Shown: positions 30,530 to 40,119, counted from the first letter of the stretch. The stretch is DNA of 64,000 bases from Candidatus Saccharimonadales bacterium (GCA_041910055.1 JAYRRP010000004.1:67804-131803), one strand, 5' to 3'. Numbers and translations are program-made. The notes: generated by a model not told the origin, from the letters alone.

Positions 30530-32038
30530 ATGAGTTGGAAAACCATTTGGCGTTCGTTTAAAAACGCCGACATGCGTAAACGTATATTGGCAGTATTGGG
30601 TATGTTGCTGGTGTTTCGAATCTTCGCACATATTCCCGTACCCCTGAGCGACCCGAGTACCCTCAAGCAGATACTAGAAAACGTATTTAATTCCCAACAG
30701 GCGCCTCAGCTACTTAGTTTTATTAACGTACTATCTGGTGGTGCACTGGCCAACTTCTCTATTATGCTAGTTGGCTTAGGGCCATATATTAATGCCTCAA
30801 TTATTATGCAATTATTAACGAGGGCAATTCCGAAACTTGAGGCCCTTAATCAAGAGGGTGAGTACGGACGAAAGAAAATCAATCAATATACCAGAATATT
30901 GACCCTGCCGCTGGCTATTATTCAATCCATTGGTGCAATTTATCTGGTACGACAATCTGCCGCGAGCATCGGCGGTCTCGGTGACATTACCGCGAATGCC
31001 AATATCTGGCAGTGGGTTTTAATGATTTGTGCCATGACTGGCGGCTCAATGATACTCATGTGGCTTGGTGAGCTTATTACCGAACAGAACATCGGCAACG
31101 GAATCTCCTTGATAATTACGGTTGGGATTGTTAGCAGTCTGCCGAAAACCATTGTGAACCTTATAAATACCATCTCCGCTGGCGGTGAGCACAAATGGAC
31201 AATCTTCGGAAGGCAGCTACCCATTAATAAAGCCGGGGTGCTCTATTCACTGCTTATTCTGGCTATTGTCGTCGTGGTGACGATACTTATCGTGAAACTA
31301 AACGAAGCTTCAAGGAAAGTCACCGTCAATTATGCGAAACGTGTGCAAGGTAACCGAACCTATGGAGGCGTTACTACTGTTTTGCCTATTAAACTTATTA
31401 CTGCTGGCGTGGTACCAATTATATTTGCGGTGGCTTTTTTGAGTGTTCCGAGTTTTGTAGGACAAATTCTGTCAGGTGCATCAAGTGAGAAGCTTCAGAC
31501 AATTGGCCAACACTTGGTCAGACTGTTCCAAAGCCCAAGCGCCCAAAGTTTCCAGCAAGGTGGTTGGCAACCTTACTTATATCCAATCGTTTACTTCCTG
31601 CTTGTGGTGGTATTTACCTTTTTCTACACCAATATTGCTTTCAACGCGAAAGAAATTGCTGAAAACTTGCAGAAACAAGGTGGGTTTATTGCGAATGTCC
31701 GTTCTGGAAAGCAAACTGAACAATATCTCTCGAGAATGGTAAATAGACTCACCTTATTTGGATCTATTTCGCTAGGGCTTTTGGCAATTTTACCGATAAT
31801 TGGTCAGATTTTCCTCAAGACCAACATTACAATCGGTGGCACAAGCGTACTAATCTTGGTATCAGTTGCTCTTGAGACCCTGCGTCAAATAGAGTCTAGA
31901 GCCCTGATGGTAACGTATGACCAATACGAACAACCTGATTTTTACTATGATGTGTCAGTCCCGGCAGATGCAGCCACCGGTGGTCGCCGTTTGCGTATTT
32001 TGCCACGCCGCCGGAACCGCTCAGAAAACAAAAAATAA
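30530..32038 (+). CDS. secY: Preprotein translocase subunit SecY
   Basis: GPYINASIIMQLL, IGNGISLII, GVVPIIFA, GGTSVLILVSVA; about 10 TM segments. Confidence 0.98.
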   Translation: MSWKTIWRSFKNADMRKRILAVLGMLLVFRIFAHIPVPLSDPSTLKQILENVFNSQQAPQLLSFINVLSGGALANFSIMLVGLGPYINASIIMQLLTRAIPKLEALNQEGEYGRKKINQYTRILTLPLAIIQSIGAIYLVRQSAASIGGLGDITANANIWQWVLMICAMTGGSMILMWLGELITEQNIGNGISLIITVGIVSSLPKTIVNLINTISAGGEHKWTIFGRQLPINKAGVLYSLLILAIVVVVTILIVKLNEASRKVTVNYAKRVQGNRTYGGVTTVLPIKLITAGVVPIIFAVAFLSVPSFVGQILSGASSEKLQTIGQHLVRLFQSPSAQSFQQGGWQPYLYPIVYFLLVVVFTFFYTNIAFNAKEIAENLQKQGGFIANVRSGKQTEQYLSRMVNRLTLFGSISLGLLAILPIIGQIFLKTNITIGGTSVLILVSVALETLRQIESRALMVTYDQYEQPDFYYDVSVPADAATGGRRLRILPRRRNRSENKK

Positions 32039-32045
32039 AAACCCT

Positions 32046-32074
32046 TTGCAACACCTTAGGGTTCCTGCTATAAT
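32046..32074 (+). promoter_or_regulatory. Promoter for the infA-rpmJ-alpha operon
   Basis: TTGCAA-17 bp-TATAAT with extended TG. Confidence 0.7.
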
Positions 32075-32092
32075 AACGCAAGTTATATATTT

Positions 32093-32314
32093 ATGGCCGG
32101 GAATAAGGAAGTCATTGAGTTGGGCGGCACTATCGTAGAAACGCTGCCAGGGACACAATTTCGTGTCGAACTTGAAAATGGTCATCAAATAATAGCTCAT
32201 GTCGCAGGTAAAATGCGAAAACATTATATCCGGATTGTCCCCGGCGACAGCGTGACGGTTGAGTTGACCCCTTACGACCTTACGAAGGGAAGAATCACCT
32301 ATCGCAAATCATAA
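32093..32314 (+). CDS. infA: Translation initiation factor IF-1
   Basis: [35 protein letters not shown]. Confidence 0.98.
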   Translation: MAGNKEVIELGGTIVETLPGTQFRVELENGHQIIAHVAGKMRKHYIRIVPGDSVTVELTPYDLTKGRITYRKS

Positions 32315-32358
32315 ATTAAGCAGTGTGTTATGCACCAGCGAAGAGGAGCATGATCCGC

Positions 32359-32475
32359 ATGAAAGTGCGTGCAAGTGTAAAGAAAATTAGTCCTGATGAC
32401 AAAATCGTCCGCCGAAAAGGACGGGTATACGTCATTAACAAGATGAAGCCTAAGCATAAGCAAAGGCAGGGTTAA
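32359..32475 (+). CDS. rpmJ: 50S ribosomal protein L36 (Cys-free; not in ORF track)
   Basis: [38 protein letters not shown]. Confidence 0.96.
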   Translation: MKVRASVKKISPDDKIVRRKGRVYVINKMKPKHKQRQG

Positions 32476-32477
32476 AG

Positions 32478-32864
32478 ATGGCAAGAATTTCTGGTGTAAC
32501 TATTCCGTCAGAAAAACAGGTGCAGATCGCACTGACCTATATTTATGGCATTGGCAATAAAACTAGTGGCCAAATTCTAGACATTGCCAAAGTGGATCCT
32601 ACAGTCCGCGTAAAAAACCTGACTGATGCTGAGATTTCCCGTATTCAAGATGCGATCAATGATAAGTACCTAGTTGAAGGTGAATTGCAGCGAGTTGTTA
32701 CCACGAACATTAAGCGTTTGAAAGATATTAATGCATATCGCGGTTTACGTCATAAGGCTGGCCTCCCCTCGCGAGGACAACGCACCCGAACTAATGCTCG
32801 TACACGACGTGGCAAGAAGATGACTGTCGGTGGTACCGCCAAGAAGGCACCTTCCAAGACATAA
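32478..32864 (+). CDS. rpsM: 30S ribosomal protein S13
   Basis: MARISGV, LTYIYGIG, YRGLRH, RGQRTRTNARTR. Confidence 0.98.
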   Translation: MARISGVTIPSEKQVQIALTYIYGIGNKTSGQILDIAKVDPTVRVKNLTDAEISRIQDAINDKYLVEGELQRVVTTNIKRLKDINAYRGLRHKAGLPSRGQRTRTNARTRRGKKMTVGGTAKKAPSKT

Positions 32865-32879
32865 GGGAACAAGAGAATT

Positions 32880-33290
32880 ATGGCTGAGACGAAACCAACT
32901 ACTACGAAAACAACTTCCAAGAAGAAACGAGCAAAACGACCAGTGCCGCATGGCCAAATGCATATTCTGGCCACCTTTAACAACACTATTGTGACTTTCA
33001 CCGACCAAAAAGGTGAAGCCTTAGCGGCAGCAAGTGCTGGCGGCAGTGGATTTCGTGGTTCAAAGAAGGGTACTGCGTATGCTGCCCAGGTTGCTACTGA
33101 GAAAGCTGCTCAAACTGCGAAGCAGAATCACGGAGTGAGCAAGGTTGACGTTTATATCCGTGGGATTGGGCTTGGCCGTGAAGCAGCTGTTCGAACGCTG
33201 CAAAATATAGATATTCAGGTTGAGAGCATTCGGGACGTAACTGGTGTTCCCCACGGTGGTGTCCGACCACGAAAAGCGAGGAGAGCATAG
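32880..33290 (+). CDS. rpsK: 30S ribosomal protein S11
   Basis: ATFNNTIVT, GFRGSKKGTAYAA, DVTGVPHGG. Confidence 0.97.
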   Translation: MAETKPTTTKTTSKKKRAKRPVPHGQMHILATFNNTIVTFTDQKGEALAAASAGGSGFRGSKKGTAYAAQVATEKAAQTAKQNHGVSKVDVYIRGIGLGREAAVRTLQNIDIQVESIRDVTGVPHGGVRPRKARRA

Positions 33291-33291
33291 A

Positions 33292-33915
33292 ATGGCCCGT
33301 GATACGCAATCTATTGTCAAAATGAGCCGGAGAGAAGGGTACGCTCTTCATCCGAAAGCACATAAGGTGCTTATCAAACGAAGTGGACCCCCTGGTCAAC
33401 AAAGTGGGGGACGTCCGCAGCGTACTAAGAATACACAGTACGGATTACAGTTACGCGAGAAACAAAAGGTAAAACGTTTGTATGGTTTGCTTGAAAGACA
33501 GTTCCGCAAACTAATGCAGGAGGCCATGCGCGGTAAAGGTGAGAGTGGACCTCAGTTACTGGAATATCTCGAGCGGAGACTTGACAATGTCGTTTATCGC
33601 AGCGGACTGGCAACCAGCCGGCGCAGTGCACGACAACTCGTCACTCATGGACATTTTCTATTGAATGGACGACGGGTCGACATTCCTTCTATTCGAGTAC
33701 AGGCCAAAGACACCATTACTTTAAGACCAAAAAGTCAAAAGAACGACTATTTTGCCCGCATTGATGACAATAGCCCAATAAGTCCTGACCAAATTCCTGA
33801 GTGGCTGAAAGTTAATCGCAAGAAGTTTGAAATTTCAGTTGTTGGCTTACCTTCGCGAGAAGATGTCGAGCCTGATATAAAAGAACAGTTAATAGTTGAG
33901 TACTATTCACGCTAA
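33292..33915 (+). CDS. rpsD: 30S ribosomal protein S4
   Basis: YGLQLREKQK, LERRLDNVVYR, ARQLVTHGH, IVEYYSR. Confidence 0.98.
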   Translation: MARDTQSIVKMSRREGYALHPKAHKVLIKRSGPPGQQSGGRPQRTKNTQYGLQLREKQKVKRLYGLLERQFRKLMQEAMRGKGESGPQLLEYLERRLDNVVYRSGLATSRRSARQLVTHGHFLLNGRRVDIPSIRVQAKDTITLRPKSQKNDYFARIDDNSPISPDQIPEWLKVNRKKFEISVVGLPSREDVEPDIKEQLIVEYYSR

Positions 33916-33932
33916 GGGAGGTTAGAAGCTAT

Positions 33933-34877
33933 ATGTCAAAATTAATCCATACACCGAGTCTCGCTCACATTGACGACCACGGCCAGAACTCAGCCACATT
34001 CCGGGTTGAACCACTTCTTACTGGCTATGGCATGACCCTTGGTAACTCATTGCGGCGAGTACTGCTTTCAAGTATTGCTGGTGCCGCTATTACCTCTTTC
34101 AAAATTGAAGGAGCTACCCATGAATTTACAACCATACCTGGTGTCAAAGAAGATGTGGTTGATATCATGATGAACCTTAAAGGTGTTCGTTTCCGTTTGT
34201 TTAGTGATGAGCCACAACGACTACGAATTACTAAAACAGGCAAAGGTGCAATCACAGCCAAAGATATTGCGTTGAACGCTGATGTAGAAGTCGTCAACCC
34301 TAAACATGTGATTGCGACAGTTGATGGTGGCAGCACAAAGTTTGTTATGGACCTTGTAGTTGAAAAGGGCCGTGGTTACCGCACTATAGAAGAAACGACC
34401 CACCACAAAGCAAGTGATATGATTGCGCTTGATGCAATATTCAGTCCTGTCTTGCGGGTGCGCTACAAAATTGAGAATACCCGTGTTGGTCAAATGACTG
34501 ATTTGGACCGTCTGCTTATTACCATCGAAACAGATGGCTCTATCACCCCCAGGGATGCATTCGAAGAAGCAGCTGCTATTTTAGTAAACCAATATACTGC
34601 CCTGGCTGGTCAAACACGAGTCGAAAGTGGTTCACCAGTAGCTTCCAGTCTAGAATCTGATACAAACTCTGAGAATGCTGATGAACCAACAGAGCTAATG
34701 ACCCCAATTGAAGACCTTAACCTCTCTGCTCGGACTACCAATGCTCTAGTAAATAACGAAATTCACACCATTAAGGATTTATTTAGCCTAAGCGATGCTG
34801 AGCTGAGGGATCTTAAGGGTTTCGGCAGCAAAGCCCTTAATGAAGTAAAAGATAAGTTGGCAGAACTGGAATTATAA
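33933..34877 (+). CDS. rpoA: RNA polymerase alpha subunit
   Basis: GYGMTLGNSLRRVLLSS, HEFTTIPGVKED, alpha-CTD LSARTTNAL. Confidence 0.98.
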   Translation: MSKLIHTPSLAHIDDHGQNSATFRVEPLLTGYGMTLGNSLRRVLLSSIAGAAITSFKIEGATHEFTTIPGVKEDVVDIMMNLKGVRFRLFSDEPQRLRITKTGKGAITAKDIALNADVEVVNPKHVIATVDGGSTKFVMDLVVEKGRGYRTIEETTHHKASDMIALDAIFSPVLRVRYKIENTRVGQMTDLDRLLITIETDGSITPRDAFEEAAAILVNQYTALAGQTRVESGSPVASSLESDTNSENADEPTELMTPIEDLNLSARTTNALVNNEIHTIKDLFSLSDAELRDLKGFGSKALNEVKDKLAELEL

Positions 34878-34879
34878 CA

Positions 34880-35344
34880 ATGCATCGGCACGGATATAAA
34901 GGAAGAAAATTCGGTCGCGAGCGTGACCAGCGTCAAGCCTTACTAAAAGGTTTGGCTGGGGCGTTAATTGAGCACGAATCAATTGAAACTACCTTGCCGA
35001 AAGCCAAAGAATTAGTTCCTTATGTTGAACGCCTTATCACCAAGGCAAAAGTTGGAGATTTACATAACCGGCGACAAATTATTGCGGCCTTACAGCCTGC
35101 CGCAAATGCTCATAAACTCGTTGATGAGATTGCTCCAAAGCTTAAAAACCGTCAAAGTGGTCATTTGCGGATTCAAAAAACAGACTCACGCCGGGGTGAC
35201 AATACATTAATGGCAAAGGTAAGCTTCGTGGACGACCTAAAAAAGGCTTCAGAAAGCAAAGCAATAAAGACTGAGAGAAATACTGTTATCAAACCAACCG
35301 CTCCTGCTACTGCGACGAAAGCAAAACCGGAGAAGAAACAGTGA
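34880..35344 (+). CDS. rplQ: 50S ribosomal protein L17
   Basis: IETTLPKAKE, ERLITKAK, RRGD. Confidence 0.97.
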   Translation: MHRHGYKGRKFGRERDQRQALLKGLAGALIEHESIETTLPKAKELVPYVERLITKAKVGDLHNRRQIIAALQPAANAHKLVDEIAPKLKNRQSGHLRIQKTDSRRGDNTLMAKVSFVDDLKKASESKAIKTERNTVIKPTAPATATKAKPEKKQ

Positions 35345-35775
35345 AAACATTCAGTGCGAAACCTCGCGATATTACCCGAGCATGGTATGTGCTTGATGCA
35401 ACTGAGCTGCCACTAGGCCGTTTAGCTACCAAAGTTGCTGCATTGCTAAGTGGCAAGACAAAACCATCATTTACACCACACATTGATGGAGGTGACTATG
35501 TAGTTGTCATTAACGCCGCCAACCTAGTAGTGACCGGAAAAAAATCTCAACAAAAACAATATTACCGTCATTCCCAGTACCCAGGCGGCCTGAAACAGGC
35601 CAGCCTTAGCCAGCAGTTAGAAAAAGATCCGACAAGGATTATTATCAAGGCCGTTCGGGGAATGTTGCCTGCTAATAAATTACGTGACGCTCGGTTAGCA
35701 CGGCTCAAAGTATATGCAGATGCAGCTCACCCTCACGATCCGCAGAAACCAATAAAAGTATCACTGAAGAGTTAG
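35341..35775 (+). CDS. rplM: 50S ribosomal protein L13
   Basis: WYVLDA, LGRLA, FTPHIDGGDYVVVINA, AVRGMLP. Confidence 0.98.
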   Translation: MKTFSAKPRDITRAWYVLDATELPLGRLATKVAALLSGKTKPSFTPHIDGGDYVVVINAANLVVTGKKSQQKQYYRHSQYPGGLKQASLSQQLEKDPTRIIIKAVRGMLPANKLRDARLARLKVYADAAHPHDPQKPIKVSLKS

Positions 35776-35784
35776 AAGGAAATT

Positions 35785-36186
35785 ATGCCCAAAAACACTC
35801 ATTACTATTATGCTCTCGGCCGAAGAAAAAGTGCGACCGCCCGCATTCGTTTACAAGCAGGTAAAGGGGCACTGGTGATTAATGGCAAGCCAGCAACCGA
35901 ATATGTTGCAGATAGTAAATATTTACTGCAGAAGCTTGAACAACCATTTACCGCGGTAGAACTTAATAATAAGTATGATATTTCTGTCGTAGTAAGTGGT
36001 GGTGGACTCAATGGACAGGTCGAAGCTATTCAACTTGGCATTGCCAAGGCATTAGCTATTATGAATGAAGATCTCAAGTCTACCTTGAAGCGGGCTGATC
36101 TGCTTGGACGTGACCCCCGTGAAAAAGAACGCAAGAAGTTCGGTCTTAAGGGCGCCCGTAAGAAACGCCAGTATACCAAGCGTTAA
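35785..36186 (+). CDS. rpsI: 30S ribosomal protein S9
   Basis: GRRKSATAR, GGGLNGQ, ERKKFGLKGARK, YTKR. Confidence 0.98.
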   Translation: MPKNTHYYYALGRRKSATARIRLQAGKGALVINGKPATEYVADSKYLLQKLEQPFTAVELNNKYDISVVVSGGGLNGQVEAIQLGIAKALAIMNEDLKSTLKRADLLGRDPREKERKKFGLKGARKKRQYTKR

Positions 36187-36208
36187 TAGTCGAGCTGCCT
36201 AAAATAAT

Positions 36209-36237
36209 TTGACACAAATCATTAGTGGCAGTATTGT
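36209..36237 (+). promoter_or_regulatory. Promoter of the leader-peptide/trpS unit
   Basis: TTGACA-17 bp-TATTGT. Confidence 0.7.
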
Positions 36238-36247
36238 AAGGTGCACT

Positions 36248-36301
36248 ATGTCATTACACTTTTCAGTTTTTTATTGGTTTTCCGCATATAAGTGGCGGTA
36301 A
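36248..36301 (+). CDS. Putative attenuator leader peptide MSLHFSVFYWFSAYKWR
   Basis: 17-aa ORF with 2 Trp, 3 Phe and 2 Tyr; its 3' end is complementary to the terminator 5' arm. Confidence 0.7.
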   Translation: MSLHFSVFYWFSAYKWR

Positions 36302-36326
36302 TTCCAGTATTGGATACAAAAAGTAT

Positions 36327-36349
36327 AACCGCCAATCAGGCGGTTTTTT
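36327..36349 (+). terminator. Attenuator terminator hairpin upstream of trpS
   Basis: AACCGCC-AATCA-GGCGGTT-TTTT. Confidence 0.8.
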
Positions 36350-36363
36350 ATAAGGAGAGAAGA

Positions 36364-36531
36364 ATGAAGAATAAAGAGGTTCTTGGCCTACTGCGAGAGA
36401 ATAAGGTATTAATCGCCCCCGAGGACGATCGGTCACCAATAGAAATTGCGGTTAGTCTTGGATTAGTAGCAACACAAAACGAAGTTGAGATTCCTGAGCA
36501 ACCCTCAGGTATAATAGAAACAAATGGGTAA
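36364..36531 (+). CDS. Hypothetical 55-aa protein overlapping the trpS start
   Basis: Strong AAGGAG RBS right after the terminator; 8-nt overlap with trpS. Confidence 0.55.
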   Translation: MKNKEVLGLLRENKVLIAPEDDRSPIEIAVSLGLVATQNEVEIPEQPSGIIETNG

Positions 36532-37552
36532 GCCAGTAATTCTCACCGGTTTGAGGACCAATAATGATTTACACTTGGGTAATTATCTTGGTGCATTGCT
36601 GCCTATGGTTAAACTACAACGTCAATATGCAAGTGAGTATCAAATCAATATGTTTGCACCAGACCTGCACAGCTTCACTACACCTGTAGACCATACGCGT
36701 TTGTATGCACAGACGATGAAAGGCATCAAAATGTATGTGGCGGCAGGCTTGAATCTTCAAGACCAGAATACTTATTTATACCGGCAAAGTTTTATCCCGG
36801 CTCACTCCGAACTCACTGTGATCCTTAATAACTTTACCTATATGGGTGAACTATCTCGAATGACTCAATACAAAGAAAAGGGCGCACAGCAACAAAACGT
36901 TTCCGCTGGGCTTTTTGATTATCCCGTCCTGATGGCGGCCGATATCCTGCTGTATGGCGCAATTTATGTACCCGTGGGCGATGACCAATCGCAACACGTT
37001 GAACTGGCCCGCGATATAGCCCAGAGGATGAACAATAAGTTTAACCAGGGGCTGTTTATTCTGCCTGCCGATGAAAAAAAACAAATAGCCTTTACCAACC
37101 AACACGAACGACTTCGTATACGTGATTTAATGGACCCTACCAAAAAGATGAGCAAGTCTGACGCCAGCGGCAAGGGTGTAATTTTTCTTAACGAAGACCC
37201 GGAGACAGCTGCTAAAAAGATTATGTCAGCAACAACCGATAATGTCGGCAACATTAGTCATGATATGACTAACCAGCCTGGTATCAGCAATTTGCTGCAG
37301 CTTCTAGCCTCACTCACTCATGTGTCGCTCAGTGAAGTAACAAAAAAATATGAGGGCCAAAGCAGTTATGCAGATCTCAAAGCAGACCTATCCCAAGTAG
37401 TAAAATCATTCCTCACTGATTTCCAAAAGAAGTTTGCCTCCATAGATGAACTAGCTTTACAGGCAAAATTAGCCTCATCCGAGGCAGCGATGAATGAAAT
37501 GGCAACTAAAACTTTGCAGACAGTACAGCGTGCAGTTGGCCTGCGGCAATAA
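36524..37552 (+). CDS. trpS: Tryptophanyl-tRNA synthetase
   Basis: HLGNYLGA, YPVLMAADIL, VPVGDDQSQHVE, KMSKS. Confidence 0.97.
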   Translation: MGKPVILTGLRTNNDLHLGNYLGALLPMVKLQRQYASEYQINMFAPDLHSFTTPVDHTRLYAQTMKGIKMYVAAGLNLQDQNTYLYRQSFIPAHSELTVILNNFTYMGELSRMTQYKEKGAQQQNVSAGLFDYPVLMAADILLYGAIYVPVGDDQSQHVELARDIAQRMNNKFNQGLFILPADEKKQIAFTNQHERLRIRDLMDPTKKMSKSDASGKGVIFLNEDPETAAKKIMSATTDNVGNISHDMTNQPGISNLLQLLASLTHVSLSEVTKKYEGQSSYADLKADLSQVVKSFLTDFQKKFASIDELALQAKLASSEAAMNEMATKTLQTVQRAVGLRQ

Positions 37553-37557
37553 TTAGC

Positions 37558-38418
37558 ATGCCTGAATATACAGTAACGGATGAGGACAAAAATACACGGG
37601 CTGATATATTTCTAGCCAAGAGTATAGACTTTTTAAACCGGTCAAATCTCAAAAAATTATTCGATCAGGATAAAGTAAAGATCCAATCAGCTCCAATTAG
37701 AGCCGGTTACCAATTGAAACCCGGCGAGATTATCATTGTCGAATTACCACAAGATCCTCATCCAGAAGGACAGCTTCCCGTTATTTACACCGACGATGAT
37801 TGCGTCGTTTTTAATAAACCAGCCGGAGTTCTCTCTCATAGCAAGGGAGCTTTTCTTGAGGAAGCAACCGTCGCCACTTATCTCAAGCCATGGCTCCATG
37901 GTCTGGAAGGTAATCGCGCGGGTATTGTCCATCGGTTAGACAGGGGGACTTCCGGGGTAATGATTTGCGGCCGCACACCTGAAGCCTGCAAAGCCCTGCA
38001 ACGACAATTTTCCCAGCGTAAAGTCGTAAAGCAGTATTATGCGATTACTCAAGGAGTGCCCGAGCCACAAGAGGCAGTGGTTGATATGCCGATTGCGCGC
38101 AATCCCCAGCGGCCACAGACGTTTATAACCCAGTCAAATGGAAAAGCAGCTTCAACATATTACAAGGTAGTTGACTCTCGTGGAGATAAAGCCTTGGTAC
38201 TTTTGCAGCCAAAAACCGGCCGGACACACCAACTCAGAGTCCATTTATCTAAAATTGGCACACCGATTGTGGGTGACACGCTTTATGGTGGTTCACCAGC
38301 AGAACGGCTTTTTCTTCACGCCACTTCACTCGAAATCACCTTGCCCAATAAACAAAGGCGTAGCTTTACGGCACCGCTTCCAAAAGAATTTAAGAAAGTT
38401 TTGGGCGTAGCTTTATGA
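37558..38418 (+). CDS. RluA/RluD-family 23S rRNA pseudouridine synthase
   Basis: N-terminal S4 domain, NKPAG, HRLDRGTSG, TGRTHQLRVH. Confidence 0.93.
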   Translation: MPEYTVTDEDKNTRADIFLAKSIDFLNRSNLKKLFDQDKVKIQSAPIRAGYQLKPGEIIIVELPQDPHPEGQLPVIYTDDDCVVFNKPAGVLSHSKGAFLEEATVATYLKPWLHGLEGNRAGIVHRLDRGTSGVMICGRTPEACKALQRQFSQRKVVKQYYAITQGVPEPQEAVVDMPIARNPQRPQTFITQSNGKAASTYYKVVDSRGDKALVLLQPKTGRTHQLRVHLSKIGTPIVGDTLYGGSPAERLFLHATSLEITLPNKQRRSFTAPLPKEFKKVLGVAL

Positions 38419-39284
38419 AATTGCTTCTGCACCCGGATACTAATAAAAACCTGCATCATTTACTGGCCTACCCTCCGCATGCAGTATTGGTGGTCGCACC
38501 CAAGGGAGCAGGAAAGGCGACACTGGCCGAATATATAGCCAGTCAGCTCCTTAATGTAGCCCCCGATGAACTGTCTCGCTATCCGTATTATCAAGCCATA
38601 GGCAATGGCGAAGAACCAGTGACGATTGATGATATTCGCAAGCTGCACGCCCAAACCAGGCTCAAAACAACCGGGCAAACTGCAGTCCGCCGTCTGCTTG
38701 TTATTTTTGGAGCCGATAATATGACAAAAGAGGCACAAAGTGCCCTATTAAAATTGCTGGAAGAGCCACCAGCCGATACGGTATTACTCCTGACATGTGC
38801 GAGGCCAGCTAGCTTGCTTCCCACCATACGCTCGCGAACACAGGCATTTACCCTAAAACCGCCAACTATGAAAATAACAACAGAATACTTCCAGAGCCAG
38901 GGTTATAGCGATAAAGACATACAGGCTGCATATTTCTTAAGTGAAGGCGGGGTAGGGCTGATGACAGCGTTACTAGGCCATGAAGATGACCATCCGCTTG
39001 CTAAAGCAGTCCAAGAAGCAAAGCAGTTATTAAAGCAGGATAGATACAATAAGCTGTTAACAGTTGAAAAGCTAGTGAAAGACAAGGGGATTGACATAAC
39101 AGTTATACTGGATGCGCTCGGCCGGGTATGTCGGACATTGATGCACGAATCTGCTAAAAAGAATGACAAAATTTGGGCTCATCATTGGCAAAAACTACTC
39201 AAAGAGATAATGCAGGCCCAGACTTATATTAACGCCAATGTTTCGTCCAAATTAGTTATGGCAGACCTGGTACTTCATATGTAA
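38415..39284 (+). CDS. holB: DNA polymerase III delta-prime subunit
   Basis: APKGAGK, ALLKLLEEPP, LLPTIRSR. Confidence 0.88.
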   Translation: MKLLLHPDTNKNLHHLLAYPPHAVLVVAPKGAGKATLAEYIASQLLNVAPDELSRYPYYQAIGNGEEPVTIDDIRKLHAQTRLKTTGQTAVRRLLVIFGADNMTKEAQSALLKLLEEPPADTVLLLTCARPASLLPTIRSRTQAFTLKPPTMKITTEYFQSQGYSDKDIQAAYFLSEGGVGLMTALLGHEDDHPLAKAVQEAKQLLKQDRYNKLLTVEKLVKDKGIDITVILDALGRVCRTLMHESAKKNDKIWAHHWQKLLKEIMQAQTYINANVSSKLVMADLVLHM

Positions 39285-39306
39285 GTTCTGCTATAATCGT
39301 GCGTAT

Positions 39307-39960
39307 ATGCTGGAGCTTTTAATGGTGTTGGGTTTCGGGGCGATTGCAGTTCATGGAGCCAGTGTCCGTGAAGAAGAACTCAGTGGCTTGCCTCGCCGTA
39401 TTAGTGATAAACTCGGCCGACTATGGGATATTGCCCACCAAGGAATGCGTGAGAATCGTTTCTTGCGAGCAGAAAAAGCACTACTAACTATCCTTAAAAT
39501 TGATCAAAAGAACGCCGCCGCCTATAACCGACTGGGAATTCTTTACGCTAAACAGAAGGAATACAAAGACGCTATAGATTGCTTTGAAATTGCCTCAAGT
39601 ATTGAGTCAACTCCTTCGAGCTTGCATAATCTCGGACTCATTTACTACGAAACAGAGAATTATGAAAAGGCTGCAGTGGCGTTTGAACGAGCCTTGTCAC
39701 TTGAGGATAATTTGGCCGCTCGGCACATTGCTTACGCGAAAGTACAAGAGAAGCTAGCCAACGATAAACTTACCCTGCAACACTTACAAAAGGCGGTCGA
39801 GCTGGAGCCTAATAACGAAACCTACGCATTATTGCATAAGGCATACGAGAGCCGCAACATGGAACTCGAAGCTGACCAAATACAGGAAAAACTCAAGAAA
39901 CTTGTTGTCCCGTCTGGCCGACCAAAGCGCGTACTGCGACCAAAACGAGTGGTTATTTAG
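39307..39960 (+). CDS. Tetratricopeptide repeat protein with N-terminal hydrophobic anchor
   Basis: AYNRLGILY, SLHNLGLIYY TPR repeats. Confidence 0.85.
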   Translation: MLELLMVLGFGAIAVHGASVREEELSGLPRRISDKLGRLWDIAHQGMRENRFLRAEKALLTILKIDQKNAAAYNRLGILYAKQKEYKDAIDCFEIASSIESTPSSLHNLGLIYYETENYEKAAVAFERALSLEDNLAARHIAYAKVQEKLANDKLTLQHLQKAVELEPNNETYALLHKAYESRNMELEADQIQEKLKKLVVPSGRPKRVLRPKRVVI

Positions 39961-40024
39961 TTGCTTCTATACAGTGTCACATTGCCTGGCCACCGGTGTT
40001 CTGGTATTATTGAGCAGTCCTTTT

Positions 40025-40100
40025 GCCGACGTAGCTCAGCTGGTAGAGCAGCTGTTTTGTAAACAGCGGGTCGCAGGTTCGAGCCCTGTCGTCGGCTCCA
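40025..40100 (+). tRNA. tRNA-Thr(TGT)
   Basis: GCCGACG/CGTCGGC acceptor, anticodon TGT, CCA end. Confidence 0.96.
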
Positions 40101-40119
40101 GATTTTGTTCTGGCGTTTC

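Noticed and set aside
8086-36186. Numerous 60-180 aa antisense and alternative-frame ORFs over rpoBC, fusA, tuf and ribosomal genes
   Set aside because: Shadow ORFs of strongly conserved genes, with no motifs or expression signals
36240-36350. T-box riboswitch upstream of trpS
   Set aside because: Leader is too short for stem I and has no full T-box consensus (TGGCGGTAAT only loosely similar); the leader-peptide model fits better
36292-36363. ORF-track GTG extension of the small ORF before trpS
   Set aside because: It runs through the terminator hairpin; the RBS supports the ATG at 36364
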